Below, in pieces: positions 1 to 11,866 of a DNA stretch of 64,000 nucleotides (position 1 is its first letter; every line of letters begins with the position of its first letter). This DNA is from Mobula hypostoma (taxonomy: Eukaryota): NCBI RefSeq assembly GCF_963921235.1, contig NC_086097.1, positions 172,424,001 to 172,488,000 on the forward strand. The letters run 5' to 3'. A program made the translations under genes and the position numbers. Under the pieces are notes generated by a model. The model was not told where the DNA came from and made no database searches. It saw only the letters and a program-made list of their open reading frames with translations.

Positions 1-1368
1 GAACATGCCCCAACAAGCCATTGAGTTTGGGACTCATTTGAAACTTTTACCAATGAGATTGGCAAATGGTTATAATTCTAATATGTGAAACCTTTGCAAG
101 TGAAATAGGGATCAATCATGATCTAAGACAGTTGTTCAAGAAGCTGAGTGGCTTGTTCCTCTGACTCCGTTGTTAACCTCCAAGTTTGGGTTGACAAAGC
201 TGAGTGCTGAACTCCATCTAGTAAAGAATGAATTATTAATTAGCAGCTTATTGGGTTTGCGTAATTTGACAGATATGAAAAGATGTGTATTTTAAAGCTC
301 AGAAGACGTTGATGATCTGTATACTATGTTAACAGCTAATTTTTCTCAAGCTTGCACTCATGGTGAGGAAAGATTTGCTGGGATGTTCGTGACTTCTTCT
401 CTTCGAATAAAGATCAATTTGGTCAGGCCATTTGTGTGACTTAGGGCATGTTTTAACATTTCTCATCGTTTTATACTGGCAGTCTTTCATTGTCAATGGC
501 ATTCTATATCTGCCACAGAAATGCTGTGCAATTAAAATAATGCCCTTTTCCTTGAGATGTTATTAAGCAGGGAATAAAGGGCAGGCTTTAGTGAAGGTCA
601 GAACCATGAACAAAGTTCTGAACTCTTAATTGTAAAGTTTCGTTGAAGATTTTCTGATCTCCGGCCCTACGAAAAGAAACTCATGAGCCAAGAACCAGGA
701 TGTCAGTTTTAACATGGGTCATAGACATGGAACATATTTTCAATAGGTCATAGTTTCATAGAAACAAACCCAAAGGAGTCTATGCTGAACACAAACCATT
801 AATCTCATTTCATTCTCCACTCATTCCCATCAACTCCCTCCCAATTTTGCAGGAGGCAAACAGAACTTAGAATACACAACTTGAGGGGGTGATGGATGCA
901 GATACCCTCACAGAATTTCAGCAGCATTTAGAGGAGAAATTTAATTATCATGAACGGGGTTTGTTTCTGTGCTGTCTGACACTGACACTGTGATGAACTG
1001 AATGACTTCATTTAGCATCCTAGCTTACCTACTATTTAATGTCTTACAACAGGAATCTTGAAAAAGAAGTTGGAGTATTTGGCAAATTGAGAAAATATAT
1101 GCCAGAGAATGTTGATCAAAATGTTACATGATGCAAAGAGGTTGAACAGTTGGGACTGATTCTGATTTTATGAAATCAACATTCAAGGTACCTTAAATGG
1201 GAATCTTGGTCGCCGAATGTTTTATTACCTCTGGATTTGGCTCCAATCATCTTCCATTCACAACCCTCTTTAATTGTCCTGTTCATATCCACAACATGTC
1301 CCTCTCACTCATTCCTTTAGTCCCTGCTTAGTTGATCCAAAGCTTCATACTTGCAGTCTTCACCTTGC

Positions 1369-1655
1369 TTATAACTCTCTCTGTTTCTCTGTGACTCCTC
1401 CTGAAACTTGCACACCAAAACCCCATCTCCAATCCACTTTATAAACTTCCGCTGTTTCTCAATGACTCCTTCCGAAACTTTCACACCAAAACCCCATCTC
1501 CAATCCACTTTATAAACGTCCTCTATTTCTCTGTGACTCCTTCTGGAACTATCACACCAAAACCCCATCTCTAATCCACTTTATAAACTTCCTCTGTTCC
1601 TCTGTGACTCCTCCCAAAACTTTAACACTAACACCCCACCCACCAATCCACCTTA
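1369..1655. repeat. Minisatellite, about 4 copies of a 71-bp unit
   Basis: CACACCAAAACCCCATCTCCAATCCACTTTATAAAC-like core recurs at 1411, 1482, 1553 and (degenerate) 1624; period 71. Confidence 0.9.
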
Positions 1656-1904
1656 TTTTTACACTATTTATTTCTGTTGATAATTTATAGTAATTTAATG
1701 TCTCTGAACGGTACTGCTGCCACAAAACAATGAATTTCACATGAGCCAAATTAGTGATAATAAATCTGATTTTTAATCCAATTCAGGGACCTTCAGAGAA
1801 GGAAGCAATTGCCCTTCCCCAGTCCAGTAGGTGTGTGCCTCCAGAACCATTAATGTGAGTCACATTAGCTGCCTTCTCTGTTCAGGGCAGTGTGGTAGCA
1901 TTTT

Positions 1905-2100
1905 AGGGAGGTATAGTAGTGTAGGGTTAGCAAAACGCTATTACAGCACCAGCAACCTGGGTTCAAGTTCTGTCATTGTCTGTAAGGAGTTTGTATATCC
2001 TTGGTGGGTTTTCTCCCACATTCCAAAGATAGTGGGAGAAATCGAGTGGAACAAGCTCATAGAGATACGGCACTGTATTTCTGAATAAAAATAATAAAAT
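1905..2100 (+). mobile_element. Degenerate V-SINE/HE1-like SINE
   Basis: tRNA-like head with GGGTTCAAG B-box, V-domain-like TGTAAGGAGTTTGTA...TTCTCCCACATTCCAAAGAT, A-rich tail. Confidence 0.6.
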
Positions 2101-3119
2101 ACTGTAAGTTGCAGAAAGCAGACTTACTGACCATGGAATGGTCTGGGATCTACAGTGTGTGAATATCTACAGTATGTGCTCAGTGACTGCTGACAGCTAA
2201 CATTGTTCTTATTGCCAAAGGGAAATATGTGGAAGAGAGAGACGGTAATGAATCCTTGGAGATTTTTGCACAAATCTTAAGGTAGTGATGTTGTATCTAT
2301 GACCATATCAGTGACACTGGAACTCATCAAGCTGGCCAATGGAATTGGAATTGGTTTATTATTGTCACATGTATTGAGGTACAGTGAAAAGATCACAAGA
2401 TCATTAAGACCATAAGAATTAGGCCATTCGAGCCATTGAGTCTGCTCTGCCATTCCATCATGGATGATTTTGCATACAGTTCATGCAGATTAAATCATTA
2501 CACTGTAATCATTACAGGTAGAACAAGGTAAAACAATAACAGAATGCAGAATAAAATGCAGCAGTTACAGTGAAAGTACAGTGCAGAGAGATAGGAAGAT
2601 CCTTCCATCATGGAAGGTCAAGATCCATTTTATCATATTAGGGAGCCATTCAATCATCTTATAGTAGTGTGACAGAAACTGCTCTTGAGCCTGTTGATGT
2701 GTGTTTCCAATCTTCTGTACTTTAATGCACATATATATGTAACAAGCCACAGGGATTAGAGGAAAATATTCAATCATATTAAATACAGCGGAGGCAAAGT
2801 GGGCACTTGCACTGGGGTCATTGCATTGTGCTAATGGAGGGAATTTGCTTGCCAGAGTTTTAATTGTGTTCTATAAGTTAATGTTTAAAAAAATGCCCAA
2901 CAATCAAAATATGACACCAGCAATGTTTTTTTTACAGACAGATCAGCATTTACCTATCTTAAGTTACAGAGTTTACCACATTGCTGGGGTTGTAGTCACT
3001 AGTTGGTGGGACATGAGTTTGTCACTTTAATACTCTAATAAACTACCATTCTGATCTTTCAACCTTTGTCCTGCACTGTTTGAATGACATCCAATGCAAG
3101 CCTGAGGAATGATAGAGAC

Positions 3120-3325
3120 AAGAGACCACAGATGCCGGAGTCTGGAAGAAAAAATAATGAACAGCTGGAGGAGCTCAGCAGTACTGACAGCATCTGTGAA
3201 GGGAAATGGTCGAGAACCTCCAACTTTCATGAGCCTACAGCAGATGAAGGGACACAAAACAAAACATTGACTGTCTTTTTCCCTCCACAGATGCTGCCTG
3301 ATTCACTGAATTGTTTTCTGCTTGA
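3120..3325. mobile_element. Old palindromic Penelope pLTR-derived mini-element
   Basis: Left arm GCTGGAGGAGCTCAGCAG..CAGCATCTGTG is the inverse of right arm CCACAGATGCTGCCTGATTCACTGA; decayed hammerhead CAGATGAAGGG..AAACATTGAC at ~3241-3272. Confidence 0.6.
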
Positions 3326-3359
3326 GAAGTGATACCTCATCTTCCATCCGAGCGCTTTG

Positions 3360-3985
3360 CAGAATCAGGGTTAATATCATTATCATACATTGTGAAATGT
3401 GTTGTTTTACAGTAGCAGTATATTACTATACGTAATTTTAAAAAACTATAAATTACCATGAGAAGTATGTATAAAAAATTAAATAAACAGGAAAAAAGAG
3501 AGGAAAATAAAAATAGAAAGAAAATAAAAATTGGATTCATTGTCCATTCAGAAATCTGATAGCAAAGGGGAAGAAGCTGTTCCTGAAATGCTGAGTGTAT
3601 GTTTTCAGGCTCCTGTACTTCCTCCTTGTTGGTAGCAATGAGAAGAGGCCATGTCCTAGGTAATGGTGGTCCTTAAAGATGGATACAGACTTTTTTAGGC
3701 ATTGTGTCCTCAATGCTGAGGAGCTGGTGCCCATTATGGAGATGGTTGAATTTGCAACTTTCTGCAGCTTTTTCTGATCCTGTGCAGTGGTCCCTCCATA
3801 CCAGACGGTGATACAATCAGTTAGAATGCTCTCCACAGTGCATCTGTAGAAATTTACATGTACTTTTGGTGACATACCAAGTCTCGTCAAACTCTTAATG
3901 AAATATAGCTGCTGCTGTGTCTTCTTTGCAATTGCATCAATATGTTGGGCCCAGTATCCTCAGAAATATTGACAACCAAGATGTA
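3360..3985 (-). mobile_element. Rex/Babar-type LINE 3' fragment
   Basis: ORF 3537-3890 with YRCTVESILTDCITVWYG...FRNSFFPFAIRFLN, the typical C-terminus; CTGATT-type tail. Confidence 0.8.
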
Positions 3986-6788
3986 CAGTGTTCTGGACTC
4001 AATACTGAATTCAGGTAATTCACTTTCTTTATGTCAGAACTGGCCAGCTCTGTTATAGATTTTCCTTCTGCAATATTAAGCTGGTCTCTCTCTCTCCCCA
4101 TGGACACTGTCAGGTATTACAAACTCCAGATGAAGTGGAACCACTGTGTGCCATTTTCGTGCTTGTATCAATCAAATCTTCTAGTGATAGTGATAGTGAA
4201 AGACCAACATCAAATTTGCCTTTCTCTTTGCTGGCTGTATCTGCTTATTAGCTCTTAGTGACTTTTGTAAAAGCACAACCAGATTCCTTTGAATATCAGG
4301 TATCTCGTCACTTAAAAAACATATAGCTTTTCTGTTTAACCAATCAAAGTGAATAATCTCCTTGGGGCCATTTTTGGTCTCCTCAGCTAAATAATTTTTT
4401 TCAAGCTGAAACACTCACTCCTTGTCTCTCTTCACAGATGCTGCCTGACCTAATGTGCATTTCCACCATTTTTCATCTACGTTTCAGTTTGCTATTGATT
4501 TTCTAACTTACATTGTACTCCATCTGCTTAAGACTGCAAAACACTATAGAGTTGTGAACACAGCCCAATCTATCATGGAGAGTAGCCTCCCCTCTGTGGA
4601 CTCTGTCTATATTTCTCACTGCCTCTGTAAAGCAGCTAACATATTCAAAGACCTCACCCACTGTGGTCTTTCTCCTTCTAACCCATCCTATCAGGCAGAA
4701 GATACAAAAGCTCGAAGCAAGTGCCAGTGGGCTCAGGTACAGCTTCTACTGACAGATTATTGAACTGACTTCTAATATGAACTCCTGATCTCCCAGTCTA
4801 CCTTGTCAAGGGGTTTGCACTGTTTCTCTGTCTGCACAGTACTTTCCTTGTCATTATAATCCTATCTTCTGCATTCTGTTGTTTTTTTTTCTCTCCTTTT
4901 GTACAACCTAGATCTACTTATGTATGAATGATCTATCTGAATGGCATGGAAACCAACCTTGGGGCATACAACAATAGTTACAGTCTGCCATGTTCTTGTC
5001 CACTTGTGCAGTTTGTCTAAATCTCTCCTTCTGATTACTCCTCACATTCTCATTGACATTTTATATCATTTGAAAATGACACAAACTTGTCAACAACAAA
5101 TTTGTAAATTCTACATTTGGACTCCTCAACCAAATCATTGAGACTGGTCGTATATACCTGGGGTCCAAGCACCAATCCCTGTGCCAGCCATCCCATTTGT
5201 TCCCACTCTTCTCTTTCTATCTGTCAACCAACTCTCAATCCATACTGGTACCTTACCATCAATTTTATGTAAGCTAACCTTGTTCACCAACATCGTGTGT
5301 GGACCGTATCAATAATATGGATACATCACATCCTTAAAGAACATTAGATTAGGCAAAAGTGATGTCCCTTTCACACATTCCTGTTGGATTTACTGCATCA
5401 TATTAATATTTTCTATGTGTTGCCATCTTTTATTTAAGATTCCACAACTTTTTTTCCCTGGTCCTAACAGCAGGCTAAAAGGTTGGAATTTCCCTGTTTC
5501 CTCTCACTTTATTTTTCTTTAATTTGTCCAGTCTCAAAGTTAAAGTTGAGTTTACTGTCACACACACAAGTAAGTATTTGCCCAACTTGCAGCAACATCA
5601 TGGGCTCAGAGCATCAGATAGACAAAGTCACAAAAAAAATAAATTAAATAGGCAAAATTTTTACAAGACAAAACACAGTTAGAACAAAAAAACCAACAAA
5701 GTTCAGTTTAGTGCTAAGCTATCAAAGTCATAGTAGCCATGGTGTTGCTATATTGAGATACAGATTGGGGTTTGCTGGCTTCACTAAGCAAATGGTTGAA
5801 AGAAGAAACTGTGCTGAACTTCAGGATTCTGTGCCTCCTTCCCAATGCGAGAAAAAGGGATGGACTCAATGGTGGGGATCTTTGATGATGGATGTTGCCT
5901 TGTTAAAGCAACACCTCTTGTGGATAGTAACAATGGTGGGGAGGATCTGTTCCTACATTTCTTTATCATTCCCTTTTTCTCTTTCACCTTCAGTATCACC
6001 ATCATCATCACACACTCCCTCTCTCTCTCTCTCTCTCTGACACATACATACACACGAAATTGCCAAACAGTTGATTTACTGTCAGTATCATATACTGTGA
6101 TTCAAACCCTAAGAATTGATTTAGTGCCTTCCTGTGGTAATGAGTATTGGACTTCCCTTCATGGAGAAATAACAAGCAGCTGGATTTGTGTATTTTGTGA
6201 AATGAATAATTTCTTCTGTGTGTCCCTCCTGTCAGTAAAATATAGATTCACACAGTTAGCTGCTATGTGTATAGATATTGCTTAAAGAGGTCTTCATTAT
6301 TTCCACGGCCCACTCATCCCTCTAAAATATTTCTGTTTCATGATCTTTGAGGGAAGTATCTATGAGCATTGCACCTCAGGTGATCCTAGGCAGGTACTAC
6401 AGTGCAGTGCTGACAAACTCCTCTTCTGTCGAGGCACCATCTTTCAGACGATAAGCTGAGGGCTTGTCTCAACTCAGCCAAATGTAAAAGATCCCCCAGA
6501 TGAGCCTTGAAAAAGAATGATCTGTTAATAATTGAATCCTGCCTAAATATTAAAATGTCACTCAAGATCATTAAGAATATCACCCACCCCTCCCCCTTTC
6601 TCCTGCATTTTTATAAATGACCTAGTGAGGAAGTGGAGGGATGGGTTAGTAAATTTGCTGATGACACGAAGGTTGGGGGTGTTGTGGATAGTGTGTAGGG
6701 CTGTTAGATGTCACAGCCGGACATCGATAGGATGCAAAACCAGGCTGAGAAGTGGCAGATGGAGTTCAACCCAGATAAATGTGATGTG

Positions 6789-7404
6789 ACCGCTTTGCTG
6801 AACATCTACGCTCTGTCCGCCAGAGAAAGCAGGATCTCCCAGTGGCCACACATTTTAATTCCACATCCCATTCCCATTCTGACATGTCTATCCACGGCCT
6901 CCTCTACTGTAAAGATGAAGCCACACTCAGGTTGGAGGAACAACACCTTATATTCCGTATGGGTAGCCTCCAACCTGATGGCATGAACATTGACTTCTCT
7001 AACTTCCGCTAGGCCCCACCTCCCCCTCGTACCCCATCTGTTACTCTTTTTTATGCACACATTCTTTCTCTCACTCTCCTTTTTCTCCCTCTGTCCCTCT
7101 GAATATACCTCTTGCCCATCCTCTGGGTCACCCCCCCCCGTCTTTCTTCCCGGACCTCCTGTCCCATGATCCTCTCGTATCCCCTTCTGCCTATCACCTG
7201 TCCAGCTCTCGGCTCCATCCCTCCCCCTCTTGTCTTCTCCTATCATTTTGCATCTCCCCCTCCCCCTCCAGCTTTCAAATCCCTTACTCACTCTTCCTTC
7301 AGTTAGTCCTGACGAAGGGTCTCGGCCTGAAACGTCGACTGCGCCTCTTCCTATAGATGCTGCCTGGCCTGCTGCGTTCACCAGCAACTTTGATGTGTGT
7401 TGCT
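6789..7404 (+). mobile_element. 5'-truncated Penelope-like element (GIY-YIG C-terminus plus pLTR) with 13-bp TSD
   Basis: Near-identical to ~30698-31317; encodes RFAEHLRSVRQRKQDLPVATHFN...LRLEEQHLIFR; TSD TAAATGTGATGTG at 6776-6788 and 7405-7417. Confidence 0.95.
7305..7340 (+). ncRNA. Minimal type-I hammerhead ribozyme
   Basis: AGTC-CTGACGA-AGG gtctcgg CCT-GAAAC-GTC-GACT: helix I AGTC/GACT, conserved core, helix II, palindromic ACGT in place of helix III, GUC site at 7334-7336. Confidence 0.88.
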
Positions 7405-8619
7405 TAAATGTGATGTGGTTCATTTTGGTAGGTCAAATATGATGGCAGAGTATAGTATTAATGGTAAGGCTCTTGGCAGTGTGGAGGATCCGAGTCCATA
7501 GGACACTCAAAGCTGTTGTGGTTAAGAGGGCATATGGTGCATTTGCCTTCATCAACCGTGGATTGAGGTTAAGAGCCGAGAGGTAATGTTGCAGCTATAT
7601 AGTAACCTGGTCAGACCCCACTTGGAGTACTGTGCTCAGTTCTGGTCACCTCACCACAGGAAGGATGTGAAAACTATAGAAAGGGTGCAGAGGAGATTTA
7701 CAAGGATGTTGCCTGGATTGGGGAGCATGCCTTATGAGAACAGGTTGAGTGAACTTGGGCTTTTCTCCTTGGAGTGGCGAAAGATGAGAGATGACCTGAT
7801 AGAGGTATATAAGATGATGAGAGGCATTGATCGTGTAGATAGTCAGAAGCTTTTCCCCAGGGCTGAAATGGCTAACATGAGTGAGCACAGTTTTAAGGTG
7901 CTTGGAAGTAGGTACAGAGGAGATGTCAGGGGTTAAGTTTTTTATGCGGAGAGTAGTGAGTGCGTGGAATGGGCTGCCGGCGACAGTGGTGGAGGCGAAT
8001 ATGATAGGGTCTTTTAAGAGACTCCTGGATAGGTACATGGAGCTTAGAAAAATCGAGGGCAATGGGTAACCTTAGGTAATTTCTAAAGTAAGTACATGTT
8101 CGGCACACCATTGTGGGCTGAGGGGCCTGTATTGTGCTGTAGGTTTTCTATGTTTCTATGTTTCTAAGTGGAGGAAGTGCAACACTTAGTCAGAGAGTCA
8201 CAGAGCACTACAGCACAGGAACAGGGCCTTCAGTCCATCTAGTCTATGCTGATCTGGTTTTCTGCCTAGTCCCATCTACTTGCACCTGGATTATAGCCCT
8301 TCATACCTTTCTCACCTATGTACCTATCTAAACCTCTCATAAGTGTTACAATTAAACCTGCATCTGCCATTTCCACTGACAACTCATTCCACATGTTGAG
8401 TGAAGAAGTTTCCCCTCTGGTTCCAGTTTAACCCTAAGCCAAACGCAGGAGAGAAAAACTGCATGCATTTACCCTATCTATGCCCCTCATAACTTTGTAT
8501 CTCTAAAAGATCTCCCCTTATTCTTGTGCACTCCAGGAAGTAAAATCCTAACCTACTGTTTTCAACCTTTTCCTGTGACTCAGATCCTCATACTGTTTAT
8601 ACAGATTGAACACTCCACA

Positions 8620-8960
8620 GTATTTCGAGCAGTCGTACAAGAGGTCTGGCCAAAAGTCTGACAACAGTGGGATAGAAGCTGTCCTTGAGCCCAGTGGTAT
8701 ATGCTTTCTGGCTTTTGTGTCTTCTGCCTGATGGGAGAGGGGTGAAGAGAGAATATCTGGGGTGTATGGGGTCTTTGATTATGGGAGCTGCTTCACGAAG
8801 GCTGTACGAGATATAGACAGAGTCCACAGAGTAAGACTGTTTCCATGGTGTGCTGAGCTACGTCCACAACTCTTTGCAGTCACATGCACAGCTGTTTCCA
8901 CACTAAGCCATTATGCATTCAGACAACATGCCTTCTACAGTGCTTTGATACACTGCTGCC
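8620..8960 (-). mobile_element. Old Rex/Babar 3' fragment
   Basis: IIKDPIHPRYSLFTPLPSGRR...KDSFYPTVVRLL. Confidence 0.7.
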
Positions 8961-10595
8961 ACGAAACAACAAACTTCAAGACATCTCAGTCAGTGATAAT
9001 AAATCTAATTCTGATTCTGTCTCTGCAGTTTGCAAGCATGGACACTCACGACTTCCTACATTTCGCTGTTTCCCAGTATGCTGCTTTTCTATTCTTCTCT
9101 TCATGTAAGGTTCTGAATGCATAAAGATGAACTCCAGATCCCTCAGTCTACCTCATCGTGGTTTCTGCACTTTCTCTGTGATACTGTGTTTTATATTCTG
9201 TTTTATTTTCCTTTTGCACTACTTCAATGCACTTATGTTTGGAATAATCTGTCTGGTTGGCATACAGACAAAAGCTTTTCACTGTATGTCAGCACATGAT
9301 AAAATTTATCAGAAGTGAATATTGCATCTCCCCACATGAACCATCTTTCCACCTCTCACTTCAACCGCCCATGTTGCGCTGCCAATTTTGAATCAGAATC
9401 AGGTTTATTATCACTTCCTTATACGATGTGGTTTGTTGATTTGCCCAGCAGCAGTAGAGTGAAAAGGTAGACAATATCTTTAAATTACATAATAAATAAA
9501 TAGTGCAATAAAAAGAAATAGTGAAGGAGTGTTCGTGGGCCATCCAGAAATCTGATGGCAGAGGGGAAAAGGCTGTATCTGAATTACTGAGTGTGGGTCT
9601 TCAAGCTCCTGTACCTCCTCTCTGACAGTAGTAACATGAAGTAGGCATGTTCTGAATAGTGTGTCCTTTATAACGGAGGCCACCTTCTTGAGGTACCACC
9701 TCCTGAAGCTACCCTCGATGGTGGAAAGGCATCATTGATGAAGCCGCCTGTCTACAACACTTCACAACCTATTGCAATCCTGTGAATTGGGGGCTCCAAA
9801 CCAGGCTAAGATGTAACCAGTCAGTATGCTCCTACTTCCTGCTTCATGCCTACTTTTCCATCCAGGTTTGCTCAATCAACAAATATTCAATGCAGTGAGT
9901 TTTGACACACAGTGTGGTTACTGATAAGATGCTTCCTTTCTTGGGGGATCCTTAAACTAGGACATGGCTTCGGAATAACATATCAGCCTTCAAGCTGGAG
10001 GCAAGGAGGAAATCTTCCCACAGAAGGTCCTGAATCTTCCACCCAAAGAGGTGTGAGGCAGAGTCACTGTGTACCTTCCACACTGAGATAGTCAGGTCAT
10101 TGCTAGGATACAATAGTGGTATAGAACAAGTCAGGCAGAATAGGCAGGAAAGTGGATCTAAGGTCAGCTGTGATCTCATGGAATGGTGGAGTAGGCTCAA
10201 GGGGTTACACTTATTTTTACTTTTATTCTAACACTACAGCCGAATCCTGCTCCTCTTTCTTCGCATAATGGTCAGCCATGGGTTCCCAAGGATTTATCCA
10301 CCATCTTCTCCTTCATCACATGCTAAGCAACAAGCTTCCTGAGCATGTACACAAGGGATGATTTGCCCCTGAACTGGAGGAGGTCTAATACCATAGTGGG
10401 AAGGTTTGCTAGTACTCCAACAGGGGAGTTTAAACTGGAGTTGTAAGGGGATGGGAACCAGAATACCAGAAGAGTTAGCTGAGAGGTTGTGGAAACATGT
10501 TGTTATGACCTCAAAGTCAGGAAGCAAAATGTTGAGCATGGTGGGACTAATGTTCTGAGTTACAGATATTTCAATGCAAGAAGTATTGTAGGAAA

Positions 10596-10958
10596 TGGGT
10601 GGCGGGGTGCAGATACATTACCAAAGGAAGTGTAAGGTGCTCCTTCCCTCTGCTAGCCTGCAGATCACCCTTGGGCAAGGTGCAGCACCTGCTTAGCACT
10701 CTGGTCAGGGACCCATGAAGCCATGGAAGCAGGTGGTGGATGGTTGTGTGAGCTGCTCGTGCATATTACAAGTATTGGTTATGCAGCCACTGATGTCAGA
10801 CAGATAATCTCTGAAGAGTATTGATAAGAGCTGAAGTCACCTGACTTTTAAAGACAGTGCCCAGAAGAAGGCAATGGCAAACCAGTTCTGTGGAAAAATT
10901 TGCCAAGGACCACAATTACCTACTTCATACGATACGGCACATGATGATAATGATGATG
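10596..10958 (+). mobile_element. Non-autonomous RTE-related short element with (GAT)n tail and 11-bp TSD
   Basis: TSD ATTGTAGGAAA at 10585-10595 and 10959-10969; AGAAGGCAATGGCAAACCA motif characteristic of RTE/BovB-related elements; no ORF. Confidence 0.75.
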
Positions 10959-11075
10959 ATTGTAGGAAAGACAGATGAGCTCAGGGCATGGAACAACACA
11001 TGGAATCATGATATTGTAGCCATTACTGAGATTCGGTTGCAGGAGGGGCAGGACCGGCAGCTCAGTTTTCTGGGA

Positions 11076-11866
11076 TTACGTTGTTCAACCCGAAGAAGTG
11101 TGAGGTGGTACACTTTGGAAGGACAAACTCCAAGGCAGAGTACAAAGTAAATGGCAGGATACTTGGTAGTGTGGAGGAGCAGAGGGATCTGGGGGTACAT
11201 GTCCACAGATCCCTGAAAGTTGCCTCACAGGTGGATAGGGTAGTTAAGAAAGCTTATGGGGTGTTTGCTTTCATAAGTCGAGGGATAGAGTTTAAGAGTC
11301 ACGATGTAATGATGCAGCTCTATAAAACTCTGGTTAGGCCACACTTGGAGTACTGTGTCCAGTTCTGGTCGCCTCACTATAGGAAGGATGTGGAAGCATT
11401 GGAGAGGGTACAGAGGAGATTTACCAGGATGCTGCCTGGTTTAGAAAGTATGCATTACGACCAGAGATTAAGGGAACTAGGGCTTTGCTTTTTGGAGAGA
11501 AGGAGGGCGAGAGGAGACATGATAGAGGTATACAAGATAATAAGAGGAATAGATAGAGTGGATAGCCAGTGCCTCTTCCCCAGGGCACCACTGCTCAATA
11601 CAAGAGGACATGGCTTTAAGGTAAGGGGTGGAAAGTTCAAGGGGGATATTAGAGGAAGGTTTTTTACTCAGAGAGTGGTTGGTGCATGGAATGCACTGCC
11701 TGAGTCAGTGATGGAGGCAGATACACTCATGAAGTTTAAGAGACTACTAGACAGGTACATGGAGGAATTTAAGGTGGGGGGTTATATGGGAAGCAGGGTT
11801 TGAGGATTGGCACAACATTGTGGGCTGAAGGGCCTGTAATGTGCTGTACTATTCTATGTTCTATGT
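11076..11866 (+). mobile_element. Young CR1 3' fragment nested in the older CR1
   Basis: Uninterrupted 240-codon ORF2 C-terminus (11081-11803); (TTCTATG)n tail; host CR1 APE sequence resumes at ~11867. Confidence 0.93.

Larger units (their letters stand above)
6608..8166 (+). mobile_element. CR1 LINE 3' part, interrupted by a Penelope insertion
   Basis: KFADDTK, KWQMEFNPDKC, LVRPHLEYCAQFWSP, FFMRRVVSAWNGLP; (TTCTATGT)n tail. Confidence 0.92.

Noticed and set aside
6806..7442. Proteins encoded by pLTR ORFs (also at 30961-31417 and 35317-35875)
   Set aside because: They recur only because the pLTR is repeated; these are antisense or 3'UTR frames with variable ends
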